This document shows, piece by piece, positions 24,201-33,239 of a stretch of DNA of 36,717 nt. Position numbers and translations under genes: made by a program. The stretch is from a virus (Duplodnaviria; Caudoviricetes): positions 1 to 36,717 of IMG/VR virus record IMGVR_UViG_3300042890_000848, one strand, 5' to 3'. The notes under the pieces were generated by a model, which was not told the DNA's origin, ran no database searches, and saw only the letters and a list, made by a program, of their open reading frames with translations. Numbering within the stretch: position 1 is the stretch's first letter; every line of letters begins with the position of its first letter.

Positions 24201-27200
24201 GTCTACGGATGGGGGCTTTATTTTGCACAAAACCGCAATGTTGCCCAAAACTACAAAGAAAGACTTACCAATGGCACATTGATTTTGGATGGCGTTTCCG
24301 CAATGGAAAACCGCACAAAAACAGGAAATCTAATATGGGGCCATGCAAGCGAATACTTTGCATCTGGTTACAAAACCAAAGAAACCTTGCTAGGAAAGCT
24401 CAACAACGCACGGAAATTTGAAAAGGACGGAGGCAATAAATACTTCCCTGATTCCGATTACATCCAAGTCATTGATGCTCTTGAGAATACAATAGAATTA
24501 TCTTTGAGAGACGAAGGCAACCTCTACACCGTTGAACTTGACGCAGAGGATCACGAACTTCTGGATTGGGATAAGCCTTTGAGTGAGCAGAGTGAGGAGG
24601 TGAGGAAAGCGTTGGAGTCGATTATCAAAGATCGCACGGCAACAGAAATTGCCGATAGCTACCTAAAGGAAGCAACCGCACAGGGAGCAACCATTTACCA
24701 ACTTGTTGCAGGCTCTTTTGGTGAAAGGGAAGGGAAAAACGACATAGCCCAAGCATCAGAGGCAATGGCATCCCTCGGCATCAAAGGCATCCGCTATCTG
24801 GATCAGGGAAGTCGTTGGAAAAACATTATCCCGATAAAGCAATCCGATGGTTATCATGCTTTGATCCAGTTGCAGGATGGTACTGAAAAAAGCGTTGGGC
24901 CGTTCCAAACGGCAGACGAAGCATCAGAGGCCGCGAGGAACAACCAAGGCACCCACAACTTTGTCATCTTTGACGGCAAGCACATTCAGATCACCGAGAA
25001 GAATGGGCAACCCGTCAGCGTCGAGGATGTCCCCGTGGATGGCGACACCTCCTTCTCCATCCGCGCCCGTGACGAGGCATACGATGCGGCAGTCAAGGCA
25101 GGCGACGAGGCAGAGCAGCAGAGGCTAGTTGATGAGGCCGCAAAGGAGGCGGGGTATGAGGTTGGGCCTGTTTATCATGGGACGCCTACAGGGGGATTTG
25201 ATGTTTTCCGTGAGCAACCAACCTATTTTGCAGGCGAAAAAGCAGATGCCGACATTTACCAATCCAGCACCGCAAGCAGTATTCGTGTTACTGGCACACC
25301 AGACGGAACACCAGAAACCAAGAAGGTATTCTTAAAGGCCGATAATGTCTTTGACACTCGCAAGCCAAAAGATCGCAAGCGTTTTGAAAAAGAGTTTTTG
25401 GGCAAGTCTGGCGAAGAGTGGGGAAGCAATGGCACACCAATAGGAGACCGTGGGTTGCCAGACTGGACAGATGGCCGTGACCTAGTGGACTGGATTCAAG
25501 AAGAGGGGCTTTCCTACGATGCCCTTGCTTTAGATGAGGGTGGATTTCCTCAATCCGATGGGACAGTTAGAGTAAAAGGAGCGTCCGTTGTCGTCTGGAA
25601 GCCTCACCAAATCAAATCCGCAGACCCAATCACCCGTAACGAGGCAGGCAACGTCATCCCGCTTTCGCAGAGGTTCAACTCCGAGAGCAACGACATAAGG
25701 TTTTCGATTCGGGAGGTGGATGAAGCGCAAAGTTCCGCAGAGAAAAGCAATGACCTTGATGCAGGGCAACGGTTGGCCGATGCGGTAGCTAAAGTTGGAG
25801 GGTACGAGGTAAAGGCCGCACACGGATCTTCCGTTAGATTTAACAAGTTCAGCCACGAGTTCGGAGGGTATGCCACGGACGCAAATAGCGCAAAGGGGGC
25901 ATTCTTCTTCAGTGATGGAGAGAGGACACCCAGGGCGTACGCCGTCTTTGCCGCAGAAGAGGGGCCAATTAAGGAACTTATGCGTAAGGCAGATCAAGCC
26001 GAAGCAAAGGGGGATTGGGACGCTTACGATAAGTTTATACAGCAAGCGGAAGAAATGTCCGTGGGCGAGATGGGGGCAGATGCAACAAGGAAGCGCCGAG
26101 AGAATGCGTCTGTCTATAACGTCTACCTCAAAGGCAAGTTCTTAGAGATGGACGCAGAGGGAATGACCCCCGCTGAATTAAGCCAAGCCAAGCAGTTTGA
26201 GGAGTTTGACGGCAGCATTACGGCAGCACTCAAGGATGCAAAAGCCAAGGGTTATGACGGGGTAGTTATCCGCAACCTAGATGATGCCCCCAACCTTACT
26301 GAAGTATCTACGCATTACGCCGTATTCGACCCTTCAAACATCAAGCTATCAGATCCCTTCACCTACGATGACAATGGGGAACTTATCCCGTTGTCCAAGA
26401 GGTTTGACCAGACTAACGAGGACATCCGCTTCTCCATCCAATCCCAGGCGCAGATTGATCGTGTCAACAAAGCAGTCGCAGATACCACGCAGTTTGCCGA
26501 AGGGCGCATGGCACTCTACGAAAGGGCTAAAGAGCGTTTTAAGGCAGTCCTCGCAGAGAATAAGGACATCCTCGACGCACTCAAGGAGGGAGGCACTGCC
26601 CCAGAGAAGATCCGCAGGGCGAAGCTCATCCAAGGCATTGCCGAGCTAGAGGTCATCCTCCGCCAGTTGCCGGCAGAGGTTCGCGGCAAGGTCGGAGGGT
26701 TCGGCGTCCTTGCCCGCGGGGGAACTGGTGACACCTTCCTCGCCAACTTCTTCCGTGATCGCGTCCGCATGATCGACGAGCAGTTGGAGAAGTACCTCTC
26801 CAACGAGTACGACGAGGAGCTTTACAGGATCTTTGAGAGGGCGAAGCCCAAGAAGGACAAGCCAGGTGAAAAGCCCAAGGGCATCGGCGCCGACATCCAA
26901 GACCTCTTTGCCAAGGTCAAGGAAGCCCAGAGGTGGAGTGCAGAGGAGATCAATGCCCACCTTGCCGCGATTGATTCACGCATTGATTCCGAGGATCTAT
27001 CCCCATCGGATGAGGCTCGCCTGATCCGCGAGGCCGACTTGATCGGTCTAGTCGGGGGGTGGAGGAACAAGGATTCCAACGCCAAGGCCCATGCCATCGC
27101 TACGCTCAAGGAGACTTGGGCCAAGGGTTACTACAACTTCATTCTCAAGAAGACGCAGGAGAAGGAGCAACGGGAAGCCGACCGCATGGAAGCCATCGCC

Positions 27201-29222
27201 GCAACCGGCAAGGAGGGTGTCCTAGCCGAGCGTCAGGAGGCCGACAAGAAGGAGAATGGCTGGAAGGGCAAGTTCAAGAAGGGTTACTTCAACCTTATCG
27301 GATGGGATCAGTTCGTCTCTGTCCTCTTTGGTGAAAAATCCGATATTGCGACTCGCCTAGCCAATGGTGAGCGCAACGCCAACTCCCAGAAGGAAGACGC
27401 CACGCAGTCCAAGATGGACGAGATTTCCAAGTTCTTTGCGGGGCTTGCCGGCAAGGACAAGCTCAAGGGGGAACAACTCCGCTGGAAGATGGCGCAGAAG
27501 TCTCTCAAGCCGTTTGAGGGGACACGCTGGAGCAATCTGGAGTTCTCCGAGATGGAGGCAGTCGCCGCGACGATGCTCTGGATGCAGGAGGATGGGAAGC
27601 GGCACATGATCGGCAAGCTCGACGATGGAGGGAAGCCCATCTCCGCATGGAACTACACGCAGGAGTTTGTTGACCTTCTGGAAGCCAATCTCTCCAAGGA
27701 GGCGAAGGCGCTCCGCGACTTCCTCCTCAAGAAGTACGACACCGAATACGACTCAATTAATAAAGTCTACAAGGCGCTCAACGGGATCAATCTCCCCAAG
27801 ATAGCGAACTACTCCCCTGTCACGGTTGCCCCCGTGAATGCCCCCGCTGGAACTGCTATCGACCCTGTAACGGGAGGCGTCATGGCGGCAAGGGGAACCT
27901 CTCCCGGCGCGCTCCGTACCCGTGGGCAGGCGATTGCCGAGCCGAAGTTCCAAGACGCCCTCCAGACCTACATTGCCCATACGAAGCAGATGGAGCATTG
28001 GAAGGCTTACGCCCCCTTCATGGCAGAGGCCAACGGCATCCTCCGCAACCGCGATGTCCAGAATGCTATCGAGGCCAAGGGTGGCAAGGAAGCCAAAGCA
28101 GTCCTCAACACCTGGACAGACCTCTTCTCGCAGGGTGGAGTCCGTAGCGCAGAGGCGCAGCTTGGACTATCCAAGGACATTTCGGAAGCTGGAGGCAGGG
28201 CGGCACGGGTCGCCCTTGTCGGCAGGATCGGCACCATCATCATTCAGTCCACGCAGCTAGGGGCGGCACTCGCAGAGATGCCTACCGGCGCCTACATCCT
28301 CCGCATGAGCAAGCTCCTCTCTGGCAATCTGGGGTGGAAGGCGGCATTTGAGTCTGACTACATCCAGCGCCGACTGAACGAGATGCCCCCCATTGTCAGG
28401 CAGGCGGTCGAGGGGCTGAAGTCGGATCGCCCGAATGTCGTGAAGTCTGCCGTCGAGAAGCTAGGTCGCCTCATTTCCGGGGCCGATGCTCTCTTCACCG
28501 CAGGCACCTATGCCATCACCTACGACTACCACCTCAAGCAGGCGAAGCAGATGGGTATCCCCTCCCCTGAAGCATACGCCAAGGGTGTCGCAGAAAGGGC
28601 CGTGGACAAGCTCGCTCAACCTACCCGCATGGGCGCAAGGTCGGTCATTGAAAACACCTCCACGGGGCTTATCCGCAACTTCTGGGCCTTTGCCTCCGAG
28701 TCGCGCAAGAACCTAGGGCTTGCCGCTTATGCCATCAATGTCCAAGACCCTGCACGGATCGGCAGGACATTGGTTTCCTTGGTTGTCCTCAACTCCCTCC
28801 TTGGCAATGTCATCCGCAACGCATGGAGTGACGCGAGGGACGACGACGATGACGAGTGGTTTGACGAGAAGCATTGGGGGCTGAAGCGGATGCTGGCCTC
28901 CACGATGGTTGACTCCATTCAAGTCAGGGGCATCCCCGTCCTTGGTGACGCCATCAGCACGGGATTCTATGATGCCGTGAACCAGTACCACCAGACAGGC
29001 TCCCTGATTAACTTTGGCGGGTTCATCCGGGCCATGAAGCACATCCCCAAATATGCGGAGGGAGACGCCGATTGGGAGATGACCTTTAAGGATATCGACG
29101 GGATCTTGAGCGTGGGGGGCTTGTTCAACGAGAGCATTGCGGCGGTGGCTTCCCTGTCCCATCTCGCTACCGATGCCTTCGGAGTTAGTAAGAACGCAAA
29201 GAAAGCAGTTACCGGCGACTAA
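21201..29222 (+). CDS. Giant internal virion / polyvalent protein with one LPD23-like and two ART-PolyVal-like domains
   Basis: 2673 aa at the ejection-protein position; YHGTPHEVDRFSTEKIGTGEGAQVYGWGLYFA, YHGTPTGGFDVF, AHGS...FFFS...VYLK...GYDGVVI. Confidence 0.85.
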   Translation: MPPEDLTSSSPAAPQDDSAFLTSPAPTPEQAPVFADRIALDQTLQQPSMADRIAVDEEENKRQRLENERKRMKEVDLLSKILPDTKSQTKEMAGIQTQANALIDPKLYTDMTVNWRATAALMGKPLDELDATQYGDYKAQIAVKLNKPAPKSESEYRSMLSEYFVKEKGKDTALNELYGNVVLKAFQDTGMGKNRAMVGLPTEYVKQWEEQHKDLIGGDAGFHAQANRVYNQTLKDIESIRGKGAETFSALMDFTQGKADDERIAQVAEHLSSSTPEERQKVYSYIGLAAEAGHIDRAGIEQFAINMGQSFSRGFDFIPQGTLQLQEDAFREMRDTLATGKVWLRRREGTPTLNDVFRPSQAVVGSAINIDMTGREATPEEVATLKAEAEKDLKTFGVIRELRNAAKSSVDPIRPVFEDSAIERGAYGLAGSLGIMVPVAINPAIGMLAYQAQEYDRIMLENPDIDSTFAKGLSLVEGAGNAALDRLQLGAINGKLPVFGGLLNGIKNNGIRRVLTTVGVEILEQNLQEGAQDLIAPLTETMAAALREDMPDKDFGELMKDYVGSRAETFFAVLPLALLGGGIGTYRDLKNPAMQLADKQLAMAGFGPAQRDYINQASSLEEKATRVEQEWSKRTEQDIAAGKEQLAASIAEARSQKAGDTVEVNTKADGTSEWIVRDPAGKEVARVASEDEAVTIIADRGEAEIKSQANVVADLLDSDWRKDKLPNFEAQFGGEVTPEQLLKDAEAKGDKKLVESIKASIEAHGNDPAELSKLRILGESWVTPYAEGQYKAFVKLNEGSTAQDAFEEIVHNIFDIDIAEGRITKEQAREWVSQTAAAGVAGYKFGTDAEVRESMAQIAQDFARNKIDQTNLPSSFVAFLKKLYTEFVEFMRRAKLLDQAFAEGKIDAEFERYLSEKIGLSDATMIEREVNRIEGEQGGGQQLDLFQDSRATPEAGADVRTVGDTKIVGPTSFAIRAYHGTPHEVDRFSTEKIGTGEGAQVYGWGLYFAQNRNVAQNYKERLTNGTLILDGVSAMENRTKTGNLIWGHASEYFASGYKTKETLLGKLNNARKFEKDGGNKYFPDSDYIQVIDALENTIELSLRDEGNLYTVELDAEDHELLDWDKPLSEQSEEVRKALESIIKDRTATEIADSYLKEATAQGATIYQLVAGSFGEREGKNDIAQASEAMASLGIKGIRYLDQGSRWKNIIPIKQSDGYHALIQLQDGTEKSVGPFQTADEASEAARNNQGTHNFVIFDGKHIQITEKNGQPVSVEDVPVDGDTSFSIRARDEAYDAAVKAGDEAEQQRLVDEAAKEAGYEVGPVYHGTPTGGFDVFREQPTYFAGEKADADIYQSSTASSIRVTGTPDGTPETKKVFLKADNVFDTRKPKDRKRFEKEFLGKSGEEWGSNGTPIGDRGLPDWTDGRDLVDWIQEEGLSYDALALDEGGFPQSDGTVRVKGASVVVWKPHQIKSADPITRNEAGNVIPLSQRFNSESNDIRFSIREVDEAQSSAEKSNDLDAGQRLADAVAKVGGYEVKAAHGSSVRFNKFSHEFGGYATDANSAKGAFFFSDGERTPRAYAVFAAEEGPIKELMRKADQAEAKGDWDAYDKFIQQAEEMSVGEMGADATRKRRENASVYNVYLKGKFLEMDAEGMTPAELSQAKQFEEFDGSITAALKDAKAKGYDGVVIRNLDDAPNLTEVSTHYAVFDPSNIKLSDPFTYDDNGELIPLSKRFDQTNEDIRFSIQSQAQIDRVNKAVADTTQFAEGRMALYERAKERFKAVLAENKDILDALKEGGTAPEKIRRAKLIQGIAELEVILRQLPAEVRGKVGGFGVLARGGTGDTFLANFFRDRVRMIDEQLEKYLSNEYDEELYRIFERAKPKKDKPGEKPKGIGADIQDLFAKVKEAQRWSAEEINAHLAAIDSRIDSEDLSPSDEARLIREADLIGLVGGWRNKDSNAKAHAIATLKETWAKGYYNFILKKTQEKEQREADRMEAIAATGKEGVLAERQEADKKENGWKGKFKKGYFNLIGWDQFVSVLFGEKSDIATRLANGERNANSQKEDATQSKMDEISKFFAGLAGKDKLKGEQLRWKMAQKSLKPFEGTRWSNLEFSEMEAVAATMLWMQEDGKRHMIGKLDDGGKPISAWNYTQEFVDLLEANLSKEAKALRDFLLKKYDTEYDSINKVYKALNGINLPKIANYSPVTVAPVNAPAGTAIDPVTGGVMAARGTSPGALRTRGQAIAEPKFQDALQTYIAHTKQMEHWKAYAPFMAEANGILRNRDVQNAIEAKGGKEAKAVLNTWTDLFSQGGVRSAEAQLGLSKDISEAGGRAARVALVGRIGTIIIQSTQLGAALAEMPTGAYILRMSKLLSGNLGWKAAFESDYIQRRLNEMPPIVRQAVEGLKSDRPNVVKSAVEKLGRLISGADALFTAGTYAITYDYHLKQAKQMGIPSPEAYAKGVAERAVDKLAQPTRMGARSVIENTSTGLIRNFWAFASESRKNLGLAAYAINVQDPARIGRTLVSLVVLNSLLGNVIRNAWSDARDDDDDEWFDEKHWGLKRMLASTMVDSIQVRGIPVLGDAISTGFYDAVNQYHQTGSLINFGGFIRAMKHIPKYAEGDADWEMTFKDIDGILSVGGLFNESIAAVASLSHLATDAFGVSKNAKKAVTGD

Positions 29223-29230
29223 CATTCCTC

Positions 29231-29259
29231 TTGCCGAGCGCACTAACTTTAGTTAGTAG
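29231..29259 (+). promoter_or_regulatory. Putative tail-fibre promoter with palindromic operator
   Basis: TTGCCG-N17-TAGTAG; ACTAAC-TTTA-GTTAGT inverted repeat at 29242-29257. Confidence 0.5.
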
Positions 29260-29267
29260 TAGCGGCA

Positions 29268-30485
29268 ATGTCCGTTTCGACAACGTTTTCTCAAGTAACC
29301 TACGCTGGAAATGCCTCTACTTCTGCGGCATATCCCGTCTCCTTTCCGTTCTTTGACGCTACTGACCTCTCTGTAGTGGTCAACACGGGAGGGGTGCCTA
29401 CGACTCTGGTCAATGGCACGGGGTACACGGTCACGGGAGGTGCAGGATCTACGGGTAATATCGTCACGACTTCTGCCATCCCTGCGACCTCCACGGTCAT
29501 CATCACTCGCTCGACCTCCAAGACGCAACTCACCTCGTACACCACAGGAGACCGCTTCCCAGCCTCTGCCCAAGAGAAGGCATTGGACAAGCTGACCCTC
29601 CTTGTGCAGGAGGCGACAGCAAACAACCTCCCTGGCACAGCAACCGCATCAGGATCGGCTCCCTTTGTGCTTCAAGCCGCATCTGCCGGCGCGACCCCTG
29701 CTTGGGTCTCGCAGTCTGCTGGCGGCATCGCCGCTGGCGCGATTACCAACACCATGCTTGCGGGTGGCATCATTCCGGGGAAGCTCTCCACGGGTGGGCC
29801 TGTCTGGGATGCCTCTGGCAATCTGACGGCAACTTCGTTTATTGGCCCTGTAACGGGAGCCGTTACGGGCAATGTCACAGGCAACGTCACGGGTTCTGGA
29901 AACTCCACCTTTGCAGGAAATGTCGGCATCGGGACGAGTTCGCCTAGCGCAAAACTTCATGTGAATGGGCCGATCCTTGCAAACGGAAATTATTTTACTG
30001 GCGGGCCTGACTCTGGAATCTTTTTTGATGCTAATGCTTCATTCAACTACGGGATTTTTAGAAACTCGGTAAACGGAATAACGATTAAAGAAGGAGGAGC
30101 AGATCGTTTAGTCATTAACGCAGGGGGCGTAATCAACGCCCAAGGCAACCCGATCACGAACTGCCGCACAACCGCAAAGGCATGGGTAAACTTTGATGGG
30201 AACACTTCACCATACTCAATTAGAAGTTCGTTTAATGTCACTTCTGTTACACGAACTGCTAGTAATACTTTTACAGTTAATTATCCTGTAGGCATTTTTG
30301 CTGACACTAACTACGCACCTGTTATTTCAATGTCTAATTCTTTCACAAGTGGAGTTGCTAATGGAATCCCAGAAATAACATTTTTGACAGCTTCCTCGAC
30401 GGGGGTTCGTTCTACACTTGCGACAACGGGTGGTGTGCCAGCCCAAGCATCCGACTTTATTACGCTTGTTGCGTTTGCAAACTAA
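29268..30485 (+). CDS. Tail fibre protein
   Basis: T7 gp17-like N-terminus (YAGN, FPFF, EKALDKLTLLVQE), VTG repeats, GNVGIGTSSP, AKAWVNFDG. Confidence 0.85.
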   Translation: MSVSTTFSQVTYAGNASTSAAYPVSFPFFDATDLSVVVNTGGVPTTLVNGTGYTVTGGAGSTGNIVTTSAIPATSTVIITRSTSKTQLTSYTTGDRFPASAQEKALDKLTLLVQEATANNLPGTATASGSAPFVLQAASAGATPAWVSQSAGGIAAGAITNTMLAGGIIPGKLSTGGPVWDASGNLTATSFIGPVTGAVTGNVTGNVTGSGNSTFAGNVGIGTSSPSAKLHVNGPILANGNYFTGGPDSGIFFDANASFNYGIFRNSVNGITIKEGGADRLVINAGGVINAQGNPITNCRTTAKAWVNFDGNTSPYSIRSSFNVTSVTRTASNTFTVNYPVGIFADTNYAPVISMSNSFTSGVANGIPEITFLTASSTGVRSTLATTGGVPAQASDFITLVAFAN

Positions 30486-30493
30486 TAAGCTTT

Positions 30494-30901
30494 ATGCCAT
30501 TCATTATATACCCACAACAATACAACAAGCTCGCCGTCATCATCCCTACTGGTGATGTGCAGGATGCCATCAAAGACGTTCCTGCTGGCGTTGAATATGC
30601 AATCGTCGATTCGCTTGATGGCGTAGATGACGATTACTTCGACGGGTTTGTCTACGCAGACGGTGAAGCGGTTGCCGACATTTCCGCTTGCAAGGGTATC
30701 CACCTCGACAAGTTCCGCGCCGCAAGGACTCCGCTACTTGCGAAGCTAGACGTGGACTACATGAAGGCTATCGAGGTTGAGGACTCCGTTGCCGCTTCAG
30801 CTATTGCCGTCGAGAAGCAGGCACTTCGTGATGTCACCAAGCTACCCCTCCCCAACACGCTCCCCGAAATAAAAGCCACTTGGCCCGACATTCTCAACTA
30901 A
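30494..30901 (+). CDS. Tail fibre assembly/chaperone-like protein
   Basis: KDVPAG, RAARTPLLAKLDV, KQALRDVT, WPDIL; follows the fibre gene. Confidence 0.7.
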   Translation: MPFIIYPQQYNKLAVIIPTGDVQDAIKDVPAGVEYAIVDSLDGVDDDYFDGFVYADGEAVADISACKGIHLDKFRAARTPLLAKLDVDYMKAIEVEDSVAASAIAVEKQALRDVTKLPLPNTLPEIKATWPDILN

Positions 30902-30918
30902 CCCCAACCTCCACGATC

Positions 30919-31044
30919 ATGCCCTCACTCGAAACTCATCCCCAGACTTCCGACAAGCTCACGCTCGAAACCTTCTCCGAGAACGAGAAACCCGTTGAAG
31001 CTCCTGCCGTCGAGGAAGCTCCTGTCGTCGAGAAAAAGAAGTAG
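30919..31044 (+). CDS. 41-aa hypothetical peptide
   Basis: MPSLETHPQTSDKLTLETFSENEKPVEAPAVEEAPVVEKKK; fills the gap. Confidence 0.45.
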   Translation: MPSLETHPQTSDKLTLETFSENEKPVEAPAVEEAPVVEKKK

Positions 31045-31047
31045 TCC

Positions 31048-31467
31048 ATGTCCGACTTCCTGAATCCGCACCTGACCCGTCCTGCCGTCCGCTGGACTAG
31101 CGGCGATGCCCTCCCTGCCGTTGAGCAGACAGGCCCTGCCGCGCCTTTACTGGTGGACGCTACCACGGGAAGGTTGCTTGTGGACACGGAAGCTAACTTG
31201 ACTGCCGACCTCTCGGATATTGAGAACAAGCAGGACACGACCAACGCCCTGCTCACGACCCAGGCAGCAGACACGGCGCTGATCAAGGCATCGTCTGCCT
31301 CGATTGCAGGCATGGCGATCCCGCCGAATGATTTCATCAGCCTCTCCTACACATCGGGGAACCTGACGGGGGTAGTCTACAAGTCGGGCGGGAGTGGCGG
31401 CACTACGGTTGCGACACTCACGCTTGCCTATAGCGGCAGCGATCTCGTCAGCGTCACCAAGAGCTAG
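31048..31467 (+). CDS. Virion structural / fibre-associated protein
   Basis: LVDATTGRLLVD, LTGVVYKSGGSGGTTVATLTLAYSG. Confidence 0.7.
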   Translation: MSDFLNPHLTRPAVRWTSGDALPAVEQTGPAAPLLVDATTGRLLVDTEANLTADLSDIENKQDTTNALLTTQAADTALIKASSASIAGMAIPPNDFISLSYTSGNLTGVVYKSGGSGGTTVATLTLAYSGSDLVSVTKS

Positions 31468-31469
31468 TC

Positions 31470-32318
31470 ATGGCATTTGCTTTCAACCCTATCACGGGCA
31501 AGCTCGATCTGGTCGGATCTGGTGGTGGAGGTGGTGCGACTCTCGGTGCTAATACCTTCACCGATGGCCAGACGATCACCGCCCCTGCAAACACCTCGGC
31601 CTTGACTGCAAGCTACAGCGTCACGGGCACGAACACGACACCTCTTCTCGACTTGTCGGGAACTTGGAACACGACGGGCATCGCAAGGGGCATCCTGCTC
31701 AACATCACCGACACGGCGAGTAATGCGGCTAGTCTTGTTGCTGATTTTCAGCGCAACGGAACTTCCGTAGCTTCTATCACCAAAACAGGGGCTTACAACA
31801 TTAACGCTGCTGGATTGCCATCTAGCGGGATTGGGTGGACTTCATCCGCACACCTTGCTCTTACGCATAACGGCACGGTCAGAGGTATTGTTAATTCGCT
31901 TGGCATTACGGCAAATGCAGACACAAATCTTGGATTTAATTTTGCCGCATCTAACAACTCTGGAACAGCATTTCATGCTCGCATTTTATGTGATGGTACT
32001 GGGGTAGTCGCCCTGCGAAATGGAACGAATGCCCAGACCTTCCGTCTCTGGGGCACGTTCACCGATGCCAGCAACGGACGCAGACTCGACATCACCTCGA
32101 CCACGGCTGGAATCTTCACGCTGACTGCCACGGGCAATGGAACTGGGGCATCGGGGAATCTTCTCAAGCTCACCAATCCGATCCTGCTTCCCGATTCATC
32201 GGTGACGCTGGCGACCAATGGAGACCTCGCATTCGAGGCGACTAGCAACACCTCACTGACCATCCGCTATCGCGGATCAGACGGCACGACCCGTTCTGCT
32301 TCCCTGACACTCACTTAA
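31470..32318 (+). CDS. Second fibre/adhesin-like protein
   Basis: MAFAFNPITGKLDLVG start; Thr/Gly/Ala-rich beta-type sequence. Confidence 0.7.
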   Translation: MAFAFNPITGKLDLVGSGGGGGATLGANTFTDGQTITAPANTSALTASYSVTGTNTTPLLDLSGTWNTTGIARGILLNITDTASNAASLVADFQRNGTSVASITKTGAYNINAAGLPSSGIGWTSSAHLALTHNGTVRGIVNSLGITANADTNLGFNFAASNNSGTAFHARILCDGTGVVALRNGTNAQTFRLWGTFTDASNGRRLDITSTTAGIFTLTATGNGTGASGNLLKLTNPILLPDSSVTLATNGDLAFEATSNTSLTIRYRGSDGTTRSASLTLT

Positions 32319-32356
32319 TCCCGATCACCTATTCCCTATCACCCATACCCGATTCC

Positions 32357-32515
32357 ATGACACCCGCACAAGCCCTGCAACTGATCTCCGAAGCGTTGGA
32401 GCCTCGCAACATCAACGCAATCTCTCGTGCTGGCTACATCGCCATCCAACAGGCCATCGAAGTCCTCGCCGCCGCGATCAAGCAACCCGAACCCTCCGAA
32501 GACCATGACGCTTAA
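32357..32515 (+). CDS. 52-aa hypothetical protein
   Basis: MTPAQALQLISEALEPRNINAISRAGYIAIQQAIEVL...; overlaps the next start. Confidence 0.55.
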   Translation: MTPAQALQLISEALEPRNINAISRAGYIAIQQAIEVLAAAIKQPEPSEDHDA

Positions 32516-32765
32516 TCTCGACCCCTCCAAGCTGAACGGCCTCAACGCCATCGTCTCTCGCGCTAACGCCGTCGAAGGTGCCGAGCAGATCACGCCCGAA
32601 GCCTACATCACGGCAAGGTGCCACGAGATACTCGACTCCTACACCCAGCAAGAACTGGAGAGGGTGAAGCAGGAGGCCGCGCCACTCTTCGACCTAGCTG
32701 CAACACTTCCTCCCGACGCGCAGGAGCAGATTAAGGCCCTCGTCCAGCAACTCGCTTCCGCATAA
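32505..32765 (+). CDS. Hypothetical protein
   Basis: ATG 32505 (MTLNLDPSKL...); TAATG coupling to the next gene. Confidence 0.65.
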   Translation: MTLNLDPSKLNGLNAIVSRANAVEGAEQITPEAYITARCHEILDSYTQQELERVKQEAAPLFDLAATLPPDAQEQIKALVQQLASA

Positions 32766-32989
32766 TGAAACTCCTCCGCGACCTCTGGCTACTGGTCAAG
32801 TGCTACCCTGTCGCAAGGCGCCGGGTGCTCAAGCTCTCAAAGGAAAAGTATCCTGGGGTAGTGTTGACCCAAATCGGCTATAACGAGGTCAGAACCGAGC
32901 TTCTGAAGAAGGGCTACAAGGACGATAGCATCACGGGTGCGATCATTTATATTGCGGTTTCTCTTGCCTATTTAACATCAGTCAGGTAG
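32765..32989 (+). CDS. Hypothetical protein with hydrophobic C-terminus
   Basis: 74 aa, coupled start. Confidence 0.6.
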   Translation: MKLLRDLWLLVKCYPVARRRVLKLSKEKYPGVVLTQIGYNEVRTELLKKGYKDDSITGAIIYIAVSLAYLTSVR

Positions 32990-33001
32990 ACGATGTTAAA
33001 T
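32970..33001. promoter_or_regulatory. 10-bp inverted repeat overlapping a putative lysis promoter
   Basis: ATTTAACATC-N12-GATGTTAAAT; TTGCCT-N17-TAGACG overlaps it. Confidence 0.5.
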
Positions 33002-33233
33002 GAGCGCAGATGATGTAGCAGTTTTACGCCTTAAACTTGAGCGTATAGAGACCGTCCTTGAGGAGCGGGCCTTGGTTGCTGATCGGAATCATCGCCTGAT
33101 CCAAACTGTTATTGGCATTTTGGTCGTCCAGATTTTCGGGAGTCTGTTCTTTGCAGGGCAGAAGGCCCAAAAGATAGAGATGTTAGGGGAGAAGATCATT
33201 GCAATCGAACACCGGCTTAACACCGATAAATAG
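33000..33233 (+). CDS. Single-TM membrane protein of the lysis cassette
   Basis: LIQTVIGILVVQIFGSLFFAG flanked by coiled-coil-like segments. Confidence 0.65.
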   Translation: MSADDVAVLRLKLERIETVLEERALVADRNHRLIQTVIGILVVQIFGSLFFAGQKAQKIEMLGEKIIAIEHRLNTDK

Positions 33234-33239
33234 ACTTTT

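Noticed and set aside
21201-29222. Virion RNA polymerase or inteins in the giant protein
   Set aside because: No DxDGD or T7-type polymerase motifs and no intein C...HN boundaries recognised; a divergent domain cannot be excluded without structure prediction
29268-32318. Diversity-generating retroelement acting on the tail fibres
   Set aside because: No reverse transcriptase and no TR/VR repeat pair seen despite the BPP-1-like virion genes
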